Below are positions 36,196 through 44,634 of a stretch of 55,987 nucleotides of DNA, one piece after another. The notes under the pieces are model-generated. The model saw nothing but the letters and a program-made list of their open reading frames with translations, was not told the DNA's origin and ran no database searches. This DNA comes from a virus (taxonomy: Duplodnaviria > Caudoviricetes). Within the stretch, counting starts at the first letter, position 1. Each line of letters starts with the position of its first letter. Position numbers and translations under genes: made by a program. Where the stretch lies: IMG/VR virus record IMGVR_UViG_3300044675_001342, positions 1 to 55,987 of that record; one strand, 5' to 3'.

Positions 36196-37680
36196 TTACT
36201 GATTAGGAAATGCTTGCTGTGGCGCGGTAAAGTTTGCTGTGTACCTAGCCACGCCTTTAGTGATACGCAGATCGTCAATGTAGCCGTTAAAAAAGTTCGT
36301 TATTAATGCGCCACCACTATAACTGGCTGCAATAAAAGTAGTTGAAGCAAGATATGTAGTAGCGTCTGTATATGTAACACCTGTTTGTGTTCCATTAAGA
36401 AACATTTTTGTTGAACCACTACTGCGACAAATTGCAACATGATGCCAAGTGTTACTTGATACAACAGAACTTGTTATTCTGTCAGCAGAACTAACATAAA
36501 GACGAATAGTCGCATCGTTATTTAAATAAATTAATGGATACGCCCCATTTGTTGATGGTGGTCTTGTATCAAATAATGTTACTGATGATCCTGCGGCGGG
36601 TATTTCATATGCAAGTATCCAAAATTCAATTGTAAAGTTGTTAGAACCAAAAGCACTAGTTGAAGTATTCGGAGCACTCAAATAGCTATTTGTTCCATTG
36701 AATGATATTGAACCAGTGCCATATTTAAATAAACCAGTGTTAATTTGAGCACTACCTGACGTTAGCAAGTTATTTGCCATAGCATTATCAATAATGCCGG
36801 CATTGGTAAATCCAAGTAACAATGATGTGCCTGATATAGCGGTTAATGGATTAGTAGGAGGTGTAAAAGCCGATGTGTAGACCGCTGTGCCTTTGACAAT
36901 ACGCGCATTTGATACGTACCCGTTGTAGTAAAACGCCGTTCCTGATGTCTGCCTTCCAATAGAACCTGCACCTGTTGACCCTAAGTTCTGTGTCACCGCG
37001 CCAGCGCTCGTCGCCGCTACCGCTCCGTTAATATATAACTTTAAATTGCCAGTGGCAGAACCAGACCTAACAACCGCGATATGGCTCCATGCATTTAAAG
37101 ATACCGATGATGCAGAAGATATGTTTGCAGTTGCAATAGCAGTAGTTGCATAAAAAAATTGCACTAAACCCGCAGAACTTATAAACAATACACATTGACC
37201 AACAATAAAACTTCCACTCACATTGCTATAAAAAGCAAAAAAAGCTGACCCCGATGCGCCATAAGCACGCGGGTAAATCCAGCATTCCCATGTAAAATCG
37301 CCAGTGGTATAACTAAATGCGGTATTAGCCGGAATAGATAGGTAGTCTGAAGTGCCATTAAAGATGGCAGACCCACCACTAACACTTACTGAATATGGAG
37401 CAATTGCAGTAAAAGGACTATACGTACCTTGTGTAGCCGTACCATTTCTAGTTATAGTAAAAGCATTCGAACTGCTATCAATAAACGTATTGTTTTGCGC
37501 TCCAGCAGTTCCATCACCGTGCAGTAGCATAGACACACTTGTCCAATATGGGTCGTTAACGGGCCAAAAATTATTAATAAGTTGCGCTACTTCAGATTGT
37601 TTCCAAAGCCCATACGCCGCCGTGCTAGACGAAGCAGCCGCAGTAGAGGATAGGATTGAACCTTTGTAACGGGTAGACAT
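36196..37680 (-). CDS. LamG/concanavalin A-like lectin-domain virion protein (two domains)
   Basis: Two copies of the FTxE.W...WxHxAxxR...FNGYIDDLRITKG pattern. Confidence 0.85.
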   Translation of the reverse strand: MSTRYKGSILSSTAAASSSTAAYGLWKQSEVAQLINNFWPVNDPYWTSVSMLLHGDGTAGAQNNTFIDSSSNAFTITRNGTATQGTYSPFTAIAPYSVSVSGGSAIFNGTSDYLSIPANTAFSYTTGDFTWECWIYPRAYGASGSAFFAFYSNVSGSFIVGQCVLFISSAGLVQFFYATTAIATANISSASSVSLNAWSHIAVVRSGSATGNLKLYINGAVAATSAGAVTQNLGSTGAGSIGRQTSGTAFYYNGYVSNARIVKGTAVYTSAFTPPTNPLTAISGTSLLLGFTNAGIIDNAMANNLLTSGSAQINTGLFKYGTGSISFNGTNSYLSAPNTSTSAFGSNNFTIEFWILAYEIPAAGSSVTLFDTRPPSTNGAYPLIYLNNDATIRLYVSSADRITSSVVSSNTWHHVAICRSSGSTKMFLNGTQTGVTYTDATTYLASTTFIAASYSGGALITNFFNGYIDDLRITKGVARYTANFTAPQQAFPNQ

Positions 37681-38072
37681 TAGCTTATCGCCTCATACGA
37701 TGTTGTAAAGGTAATCGAATTTGCTGTACCCGAAGTTACAGATATAGATGTGCCTTCTTGTAAATAGAACGCCGTGCTTTTGTCTACCACTACAACAGCA
37801 GAGTTTCCGGGAACAGGTATTTGAAAAATAATTGGGTACGCTGTGCCGCCAGATGGTGCAGAACCTTGTGCAACAGCGCCATTGGTGTAAATAGAAACCG
37901 TGGCAGTCGCGGTAACAGCCGTCACGTTTGCCGCCACCACGTTATCAATTTTGTTAACCACACCAGATGCAGCAGCGTTAGGTAGTAATACAACAGCAGT
38001 TGTTACACTAGGTGTGTAATAGGTTGTGTTACCTGTGATTGAGCTTGCATTAATAAGATTTGGGTTTGCCAT
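37680..38072 (-). CDS. Virion structural protein
   Basis: MANPN...SYExIS beta-rich pattern in the tail cluster. Confidence 0.7.
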   Translation of the reverse strand: MANPNLINASSITGNTTYYTPSVTTAVVLLPNAAASGVVNKIDNVVAANVTAVTATATVSIYTNGAVAQGSAPSGGTAYPIIFQIPVPGNSAVVVVDKSTAFYLQEGTSISVTSGTANSITFTTSYEAIS

Positions 38073-38074
38073 AA

Positions 38075-38419
38075 TTAATATCCAAAAACAAGCGACATAA
38101 CAATCGCTCGGTTAAAAGGCACTGCTCTTGCTGCGGGGTAGGTTACAAACACGTTTTTTGTGCCTGCTGCAAAATTGACTAACGACCCCGCATTACTAGA
38201 AGAAATTACGGTGGTTCGGGAAAGCGTAGTGCCCGACGACGTGTACGTACCAATTCCAACCTCCCACTCTGCCCCACCTTCAATGGTGTAGTAGGTAGAG
38301 TTGCCGTTACCAACGGCAGCAAAGGTTTGATACCCGGTTGCTGCACCGGCAAGCGTAACAGTGCCCGTACCAGTCGTAATGGTAGTTTCTTGAACCCGAT
38401 CAGCTAAGACAAGTGCCAT
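38075..38419 (-). CDS. Virion structural protein (fibre N-terminal-like domain)
   Basis: LADRVQETT..TGTG, WEVGIGTY, KxVFVTYPA. Confidence 0.75.
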   Translation of the reverse strand: MALVLADRVQETTITTGTGTVTLAGAATGYQTFAAVGNGNSTYYTIEGGAEWEVGIGTYTSSGTTLSRTTVISSSNAGSLVNFAAGTKNVFVTYPAARAVPFNRAIVMSLVFGY

Positions 38420-38427
38420 TTAAACCC

Positions 38428-39381
38428 CTACGTTGCGTTGTCAACCAGTACCCAGTTTGCTGTTTGGGTATTTTGGATTGTAGACCAGTTTGCGTTTTGG
38501 CTGTCATCAATTAGCTGCCAATACACAGGAACCGAAGTCCCGACAGAACCCGCCGCAGAAACGCCGGTTATAGCTACGACACGACTAGACACTAATAAGC
38601 CAACTACGCCGCTTGCAGTAGCGCTTGGCAGTGCCACTTGTACGCTCTTAGTTACATTTTCGACAGTGCCAAAAGCGGAAATGCCGGTGATAACAGTACT
38701 GCTATCTTTATCGAAAACAGTACCCGCCGTACCCTCCGCAGAAACGCCTGTTACGGAGTTAGTGCGGCTTAAAGTAATTGCCCCAAGTAACCCACTTGCA
38801 GTAGTGCTTGTGAGCGCACGGCTACGCTCCGCTAGAGTTACTGTACCTACTGCACCGGAGGCCGATACCCCACTAAGGGCTACCGTTACATCAGGCGTCC
38901 CAACATGCCCTGCGGCGGAGACCCCCGTAAGCGCAAGGCTACGAGCCGCTAGAGTTACTGTACCTACTGCGCCGGAGGCAACGCGGCCTGTTATAGCAAA
39001 TGAACGCGCACCGCCCGATACTGTACCTACTGCGCCGGAGGCAACGCGGCCTGTTATAGCAAATGAACGCGCACTGACCGCTGCCGTGCCCGCTAAGCCT
39101 GCTGCACTGACCCCCGTAAGCGCAAAGCTACGAGCCGCTACAGCTACTGTACCTACCGCACCGGAGGCCGATACCCCACTAAGGGCTACCGTTCTGCTGG
39201 CCGTGACTGAACCTGTGTTGCCGGAAGCAGTTGCCCCTGTTAAAGCCGCCGTTACATCGGTCGGCCCTCCCCATAGACTAAACCCCCAAGTGGAATAGCC
39301 CCATGTTGCAGGGGCCGGGGCTACAGTAGTTTCACCAGCAGCGCCAAAAGGCGCTCCAGCAAATGGGGTTATACCAAACAT
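38428..39381 (-). CDS. Repeat-rich virion structural protein
   Basis: Many ~20-aa (A/V)LTGVSASGAVGTV repeats. Confidence 0.75.
   Translation of the reverse strand: MFGITPFAGAPFGAAGETTVAPAPATWGYSTWGFSLWGGPTDVTAALTGATASGNTGSVTASRTVALSGVSASGAVGTVAVAARSFALTGVSAAGLAGTAAVSARSFAITGRVASGAVGTVSGGARSFAITGRVASGAVGTVTLAARSLALTGVSAAGHVGTPDVTVALSGVSASGAVGTVTLAERSRALTSTTASGLLGAITLSRTNSVTGVSAEGTAGTVFDKDSSTVITGISAFGTVENVTKSVQVALPSATASGVVGLLVSSRVVAITGVSAAGSVGTSVPVYWQLIDDSQNANWSTIQNTQTANWVLVDNAT
38956..39074. repeat. Perfect 56-nt direct repeat, 63-nt period
   Basis: 38956-39011 = 39019-39074; further near-identical copies at about 38839-38887 and 39145-39193. Confidence 0.85.
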
Positions 39382-39412
39382 GGTTTATACGGCGTATAGC
39401 CGCCCCCAACTA

Positions 39413-39904
39413 TTAAGTTGTTGCCAAACGAATTAACGCAGTAGTCGTGGTGTTGGACGGCATGGTCAGTGTAAACGTACCCGCCGTGATGGTTTGGGAA
39501 CCAAACGTGTGAACACTGACCGCCTTATTACTCTGGGTAGAGTTATAAATCAACACCGTATCAAACGCAGTGGCTAGTGTCACGGTTGTGTACACAATGC
39601 TTGCGGAAGGAGTCCAATACCCAACACCCGCAGTTGCAGATGCGTTTGTAGATGTCGGGGCAGTTGCGTTGGTTACCGTCACGCCGCCAGCCGTGTAATT
39701 TGTACCAGAAACTTCGCCGGTAACTGTGTACACCGTAGTCGCAGCATTGATCGTGGCCGAGGCAAGATATAGCGCCGCTTTTACTGTATCCGTAGTAGGC
39801 GCAGTTAAGCTGCCACGAGAAACAATAGTAGAAGTGCCAAACTGGTGTTGGCCCAACATCAGTTCACCAAGGAACGATGTACACATTGATTGAGTATTTG
39901 CCAT
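39413..39904 (-). CDS. Virion structural protein (paralogue A)
   Basis: TSF..EL...KAALY...EVSGTNYTAGG; similar to 40102-40518. Confidence 0.75.
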   Translation of the reverse strand: MANTQSMCTSFLGELMLGQHQFGTSTIVSRGSLTAPTTDTVKAALYLASATINAATTVYTVTGEVSGTNYTAGGVTVTNATAPTSTNASATAGVGYWTPSASIVYTTVTLATAFDTVLIYNSTQSNKAVSVHTFGSQTITAGTFTLTMPSNTTTTALIRLATT

Positions 39905-39913
39905 GATATTTCC

Positions 39914-40105
39914 TTAAAAAGTAGCAACTTCAGCACCGGCAAATCCCGGCATTTTTTTCAACGTCACATGCGCTGATCGGTGAACCAACTCGCCGTCAAG
40001 CCAATACTCGACCCATGATGTCAGTTCATTTTCATTATCGACTGTGCCTTCCCGCTTCTCAAGCTGGGAATCGTCCATGTCGCCTTTGGTGGTGGTAACA
40101 ATCAA
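39914..40105 (-). CDS. Hypothetical protein
   Basis: 63 aa; WVEYWLDGELVHRS motif. Confidence 0.7.
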   Translation of the reverse strand: MIVTTTKGDMDDSQLEKREGTVDNENELTSWVEYWLDGELVHRSAHVTLKKMPGFAGAEVATF

Positions 40106-40518
40106 TTTGAACTCCTAATAAGTGCAGTGGTTGAGGTATTAGCTGGCATGGTGATTGTAAACGTGGTGGTCGATGTTTTGTCAGACCCAAAGTCCAAAAC
40201 CGCAACAGACTTGTTACCCTTGGAGGCGTTGTAAATTAAAGCACACCGGGCGGTCAAAGCCGCCGTCCAAGACGCATTGTTCCAGTTCGCATAGGCTACA
40301 TAGCCCGACGAACTAATAGCTACCCCCGTCATAGTAACCCCGCCAGCCGTGTAGCCTGTACCTGAGACTTCATTGGTGGCACTGTAAACCGTAGTAGCCT
40401 CATTCAAATCCGCATTACCCGTATACAGCGCAATCTTGATCGTGTCTGTGGACAAGTCGTGGATAGCCTGATACAACTCCTTTTTGAAGCTGGTGGTCTG
40501 GGTTTGGACTATGCTCAT
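40102..40518 (-). CDS. Virion structural protein (paralogue B)
   Basis: TSFKKEL...KIALY...EVSGTGYTAGG...LDFGSDK. Confidence 0.75.
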   Translation of the reverse strand: MSIVQTQTTSFKKELYQAIHDLSTDTIKIALYTGNADLNEATTVYSATNEVSGTGYTAGGVTMTGVAISSSGYVAYANWNNASWTAALTARCALIYNASKGNKSVAVLDFGSDKTSTTTFTITMPANTSTTALIRSSN

Positions 40519-41198
40519 GTAACCGCCTGTCTATATTGACCGCTACGGTACGCATCTTGGCGCTCCATACCATCACCCAGACGTTTAGCCAGTGCAAGGG
40601 CTTCCTTGTACTTGGTGTCATACACCGTAATCAAATCGGCTTCACCCTTCATGAACGTGTAGGCTTCCACCAACGAGCCATACAACAACACTGTGTCGAA
40701 GTTATCACCCAGCCAAGTAGTCAAGGCAGTGGTGATTGACTCTGGGTAGTAGTAATAGTGAAGCTCTACTGAGTACGCGGTGTCTGGCGTAGGGCCGAGG
40801 ATAAAACTCAACTCGTTGGTGATGGTGGCCCCGGAAACAGTGGGGCCGAATAGCGCGTAGTATTTTGGTGTCCCCGTATCAGTAGGGCTAGGATACGCCT
40901 CACGCATGAAGTTCACATCTTTGTTAAGAAGATATGTATAGCTTCCACCGCCATAAGGGTAAATAGCCAAAGAGTAAGGCGCTAAAAAATCATCAGGGCA
41001 AGACAAGTACTTGTTGTTGCCTGTGACTGTCCCAGTCACGTTCTTACGCAATGAGGGGAACTGCACCGAGTTATAGATGCGCTGCTCTGCCTGTGTAATG
41101 AACCGATTAATCTGAGCCGTCGAAGATACCGTAGACGAGTCCGCAAGGGTAATCGCCGGAAAATTGTTTTCTGTATAGGTCTGAATTGAGGAGACCAA
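40515..41198 (-). CDS. Putative head-tail adaptor
   Basis: FITQAEQRI, GTPKYYA, PTPD, LLYGSLVEA; true start may be 41213 (ATC). Confidence 0.7.
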   Translation of the reverse strand: MVSSIQTYTENNFPAITLADSSTVSSTAQINRFITQAEQRIYNSVQFPSLRKNVTGTVTGNNKYLSCPDDFLAPYSLAIYPYGGGSYTYLLNKDVNFMREAYPSPTDTGTPKYYALFGPTVSGATITNELSFILGPTPDTAYSVELHYYYYPESITTALTTWLGDNFDTVLLYGSLVEAYTFMKGEADLITVYDTKYKEALALAKRLGDGMERQDAYRSGQYRQAVT

Positions 41199-41213
41199 AG
41201 CACTGTAGTCGAT

Positions 41214-41492
41214 TTAAGCCACCATTTCCAAAGTAAACTTGCCAGCTACTTTGCCTTTCTGCTTAACTGCGTTACAAACGCTCGTGCGTAGCACACCAAA
41301 AAATTCAGCCGCTGCTTTCTGCGACTGGAAAGAACATTGAAGTTCTGGGCAGTATACCGGTTTCCACTTTGCTTGCGCCACTAACATTCGCCCGATTGCG
41401 GGGTCACGTTTTTGCACGGGCTGACGTGTCTGCCCCACATACTGCTCACCAGTATGTTTGTTAGTTGCAATGTAGATTGAGCCGTAACGCAT
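41214..41492 (-). pseudogene. Internally deleted GIY-YIG homing endonuclease
   Basis: GSIYIATN...YVGQT...R joined directly to a NUMOD1-like HTH (FQSQKAAAEFFGV); catalytic Glu/Asn region absent. Confidence 0.7.
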
Positions 41493-41497
41493 TGTAT

Positions 41498-41761
41498 TTA
41501 GGCCATCGGGCCTCTTGCCATCAGACCTTTGGTAGCCGCACCAGTACCACGGATTTTAATACCGCTAGTTTTTGCGGGCTCGTCACCGGCAGATTTACTA
41601 ATGCCGCCGATGCTGACATCGTAAGTGTCTAGCTTGCTGCGGTTTGGGTCTTTGCCGGGGTTGCCAGAAATCTTCATGGCCTTACCGTCCATCGTGTGTG
41701 GTGGTGCGTAAAGGCTGGCAGGGCCAACTTCCTTGCCGTCTCGTTTCATACTGTAAGCCAT
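41498..41761 (-). CDS. Small basic late protein
   Basis: C-terminal GIKIRGTGAATKG motif. Confidence 0.7.
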   Translation of the reverse strand: MAYSMKRDGKEVGPASLYAPPHTMDGKAMKISGNPGKDPNRSKLDTYDVSIGGISKSAGDEPAKTSGIKIRGTGAATKGLMARGPMA

Positions 41762-41764
41762 GAT

Positions 41765-41959
41765 TTACCCCGTTTTCTGGTTAGCTGCGCGGGACAGATT
41801 ACGACCCATACGCATACGGTCATCCGTAGTAGGGCCACCTTTTTTGAGCTTTAGGGATGTGCCCTTGCCGCCCATATGTTTTTGAGCGTCATGTTGCTTG
41901 AACGCCTTTTTAATCATGGCCTTGTCTTGCGCCGTGTCCATTTTTTCTTTAGCCATCAT
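41765..41959 (-). CDS. Small basic late protein
   Basis: LKKGG motif; AGGAG RBS. Confidence 0.7.
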   Translation of the reverse strand: MMAKEKMDTAQDKAMIKKAFKQHDAQKHMGGKGTSLKLKKGGPTTDDRMRMGRNLSRAANQKTG

Positions 41960-41965
41960 AAACTC

Positions 41966-42349
41966 CTATGAAACCGTTACTGTGCCAATACTTGTGGTTC
42001 CAACCAAGTAATTTGGCGTTAGAACCGTATCAAAAAACCGACTTCCGCCCACCGGAGCCCAGCCCCACTGGATGTCCCTTGAACCTCCCGTGAGGTTACC
42101 CGAACTGTTAACCCCCGCCGTTATGTACGTAGTGTCATGCCGAGGATTACGCACTGCTTGCGGATCGTCAACCGGGTACATACCCAATTGCAACTGTGGC
42201 TGATCTGGATCCCAACAAGAACCACATACAAGCAAATTGTACGTCTTTGTCTTGATAATTTCCTTGCGTAATTCCGTTAATTTAAACCGAGCACCACACC
42301 TATCGCACATGGCAATACTGTTCTTGCCGGATGCAAACCTATTACCCAT
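41966..42349 (-). CDS. Conserved Zn-finger-like late protein
   Basis: CDRCG...VCxxCWD...PQL; ATG 42349 just after the upstream stop. Confidence 0.75.
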   Translation of the reverse strand: MGNRFASGKNSIAMCDRCGARFKLTELRKEIIKTKTYNLLVCGSCWDPDQPQLQLGMYPVDDPQAVRNPRHDTTYITAGVNSSGNLTGGSRDIQWGWAPVGGSRFFDTVLTPNYLVGTTSIGTVTVS

Positions 42350-42350
42350 G

Positions 42351-43280
42351 TCACGTTCCGCTTCCGATATAGGCCTGACGCGGCACAAAGCGCACAGATG
42401 CCTTCTCGCGGTCTTCGTCTGATGCTAACTGCCAAGCCTCATCGTACTGAGCTTTAAGTATGTCTAGCCGTTGCCCACCATTGGGGACTTTAAGCGCCAG
42501 ATAGTACGCCAGCCCAGCCACCATGCAGGGCAAGAACCGAAATGGTACATCCATCGTGTTTACACCACCGCCAACATCATCAATACGGCGCAAGCGCCAG
42601 TAAACGAACTGGTACGTCTGTGAGTTATCGGGAGTTGGCCAAACAGTGATAGCAGGGAGGTTCTGTACGTACACCCCGTCCCCCACAGTGTGGGCCGCAG
42701 CAGTCGTGTTGTTTTGGCCCCGGACGCAGTTATATAGGGTATTCCCTGATGCGTAACCGTACCCAATGGTTTCTGAACCCACCAAAATAAAGCCGGTAGA
42801 GGGTAAGCCTGCGGCAGAAGTGACTGCAATTGTGGTGTCCGTGGCAGTGATTGTTGTGCTGATCGTGGTTCCCACCGCCGAAGTCTGCCCATCCAAACGC
42901 TGAATCCACACTTGAATGGGGCGGGCTTGTTGCAGCTTATTTGGGATGGTGGCGTAGGTAGACACGCTTATGCGCGTGATGGTCAGATCGGCTTGGGTGG
43001 ATGCATTGCCCGCGCCTGTGCGTATTACGTGTTCAAGCAAGTCCACCGTGTCCGTTGGTAGTGGGTAGGTGTTCTGCCCCGGAACCAAGTTAATAGTCCC
43101 TTGATCGAACGTCCACATGTTGACGCCACGGTTGGCCCAATCAGCAAACAACAGATTGAGTGATCGGCGGGCAGTGCGCAAGTCATAGCCAGTGCGAAGT
43201 TCAGAGCCCGCACGTTCAAACGCTTCCTCCACAATCTCCGTGAGGTCAAGGTTGAAAGTAGCGATTCCCGAAGTAGCCAT
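42351..43280 (-). CDS. Putative head-tail connector/tail tubular protein
   Basis: MATSG...EEAFERAG, ARRSLNL, WPTPD, FLPCMVAGLAYY; internal beta-rich insertion. Confidence 0.7.
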   Translation of the reverse strand: MATSGIATFNLDLTEIVEEAFERAGSELRTGYDLRTARRSLNLLFADWANRGVNMWTFDQGTINLVPGQNTYPLPTDTVDLLEHVIRTGAGNASTQADLTITRISVSTYATIPNKLQQARPIQVWIQRLDGQTSAVGTTISTTITATDTTIAVTSAAGLPSTGFILVGSETIGYGYASGNTLYNCVRGQNNTTAAAHTVGDGVYVQNLPAITVWPTPDNSQTYQFVYWRLRRIDDVGGGVNTMDVPFRFLPCMVAGLAYYLALKVPNGGQRLDILKAQYDEAWQLASDEDREKASVRFVPRQAYIGSGT

Positions 43281-43516
43281 TATCTAAACCCTGCTGTTTT
43301 CTTTGCTATGGTTTTGGGCTGTGCCACAAACTGTTTACCCGCCGCCTTACCTGCACGCTTTGCTTTGGTGGTGGCTGCGTACTCAGCCGGTGACAGAGAT
43401 TTTATAGCAGCTTCAGGTAAATATCGCTCACCTGTATCAGAAGATTTTTTACCACTCTTGGTTGTCCAAGATTGTTTGCCCCAGTCCTTCAGGGATTGCT
43501 GGGGTTTTTTAATCAC
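43280..43516 (-). CDS. Small basic protein, DUF5872-like C-terminal half
   Basis: QQSLKDW..Q.W.TK...RYLP..A; GTG start overlaps the upstream stop. Confidence 0.7.
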   Translation of the reverse strand: MIKKPQQSLKDWGKQSWTTKSGKKSSDTGERYLPEAAIKSLSPAEYAATTKAKRAGKAAGKQFVAQPKTIAKKTAGFR

Positions 43517-43784
43517 GATAACCCCCACCAGAAGCCTTGTACTTCTTGGCTACAAGCTGGGCTTTTCTCGCGCTCCACTGCCCTGCGCCAGTACCTTGGG
43601 TAGCCGCTGCTTTTACTTGGGCCACGATTCGCTTGCGCATTTCGGGCTTGGTGTAATTTCCTGCGGCATTAACTGAGCCACCCTCTTTGTACTGCGTGAA
43701 GTCAGTGTCATCCCGGCGGGGCAACTTCTTGCCCTTTGGCATCTTGGACGGGGAAATATCGCCCATACCCCGGCTTGCCATCAT
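43509..43784 (-). CDS. Small basic protein, DUF5872-like N-terminal half
   Basis: YTKPEMR...GQWSARKAQL...YK.SGGGY; preceded by YKEGG. Confidence 0.7.
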   Translation of the reverse strand: MMASRGMGDISPSKMPKGKKLPRRDDTDFTQYKEGGSVNAAGNYTKPEMRKRIVAQVKAAATQGTGAGQWSARKAQLVAKKYKASGGGYRD

Positions 43785-43788
43785 GGTC

Positions 43789-44142
43789 TTAGCAGGTTTT
43801 GCCGCCCATTTTCATCTTAATCATCGTGCCTTTGGTCTTACCTTTTACTGCAATACCGTCGCGGCTGGGGGCAGCAGTTTTGACTTTACCCATTGATGTC
43901 ATGCCGCCAGAAGCCATTTTCTTCATGGGCTTTCCTTTTGCTTCGTCTTTTTTCTTAGCAACCATTGCCATGAAAGGATTCATCTTAGCCATAGTATCAC
44001 CACCTTTAGAAAATTTGCGGCCCTTGTCCGCAGTTGAAAAATCTTTGCCCACGGACTGTGGGACTCCTACCTTCTTGGCAAACGATGGGTTGTGGGCCAC
44101 CGCCGCCATGAAATTGTGTTGCTTCTTACTGGTTGATGGCAC
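43789..44142 (-). CDS. Small Lys-rich late protein
   Basis: GTG start coupled to the upstream TAG (MPSTSKKQ...); FSKGG, MASGG, MKMGG motifs. Confidence 0.7.
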   Translation of the reverse strand: MPSTSKKQHNFMAAVAHNPSFAKKVGVPQSVGKDFSTADKGRKFSKGGDTMAKMNPFMAMVAKKKDEAKGKPMKKMASGGMTSMGKVKTAAPSRDGIAVKGKTKGTMIKMKMGGKTC

Positions 44143-44381
44143 TACTTGCTCCACCAGTGAACGATCTGTACGATCCCCGCTCCAAGGGTGCCGCTGGCAC
44201 CGCCCACAAGCATCAAGACTTTCCATCCACCTCGGGCTTCAGACAGCGTTTTGTTGATTTCAGAAAGCGTCTTTTGCATTTCGGTTACGCTAGCAACCAG
44301 CTTGTCCATATCTTTTTGTAAATGCTCAATATCTGCTGCATGGGTAGCAAGTTCGCGGGCGGTTTGTATTGCATCAGTCAT
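44142..44381 (-). CDS. Coiled-coil protein with C-terminal membrane anchor
   Basis: Heptad region followed by GGWKVLMLVGG...IVHWW. Confidence 0.7.
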   Translation of the reverse strand: MTDAIQTARELATHAADIEHLQKDMDKLVASVTEMQKTLSEINKTLSEARGGWKVLMLVGGASGTLGAGIVQIVHWWSK

Positions 44382-44382
44382 A

Positions 44383-44634
44383 TCAACACTTCCATCTAGC
44401 AAGAGCAGCCGCCTTACGGGTAGGCTTGCCCTTTTCGTCTTTCATCGGCCCCGGCATACCCGACATCCGCGCACAAAATGAGTCCTTGCGTGCGCCGCCT
44501 TGGGGCTGAGGAGCTTTGAGGTTGCTACCCGTTGCTGCGTTGTACTTAGCACGGCCTTTGGCAGTCAACCCCGCCCCCTTAGAGACCGGCAACTTCTCAC
44601 CACGACCAACTGCAAGGGATGGGGTTTTCTTCAT
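44383..44634 (-). CDS. Small basic conserved phage protein
   Basis: GLTAKGRAKYN, RKDSFCARM, LARWKC. Confidence 0.75.
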   Translation of the reverse strand: MKKTPSLAVGRGEKLPVSKGAGLTAKGRAKYNAATGSNLKAPQPQGGARKDSFCARMSGMPGPMKDEKGKPTRKAAALARWKC

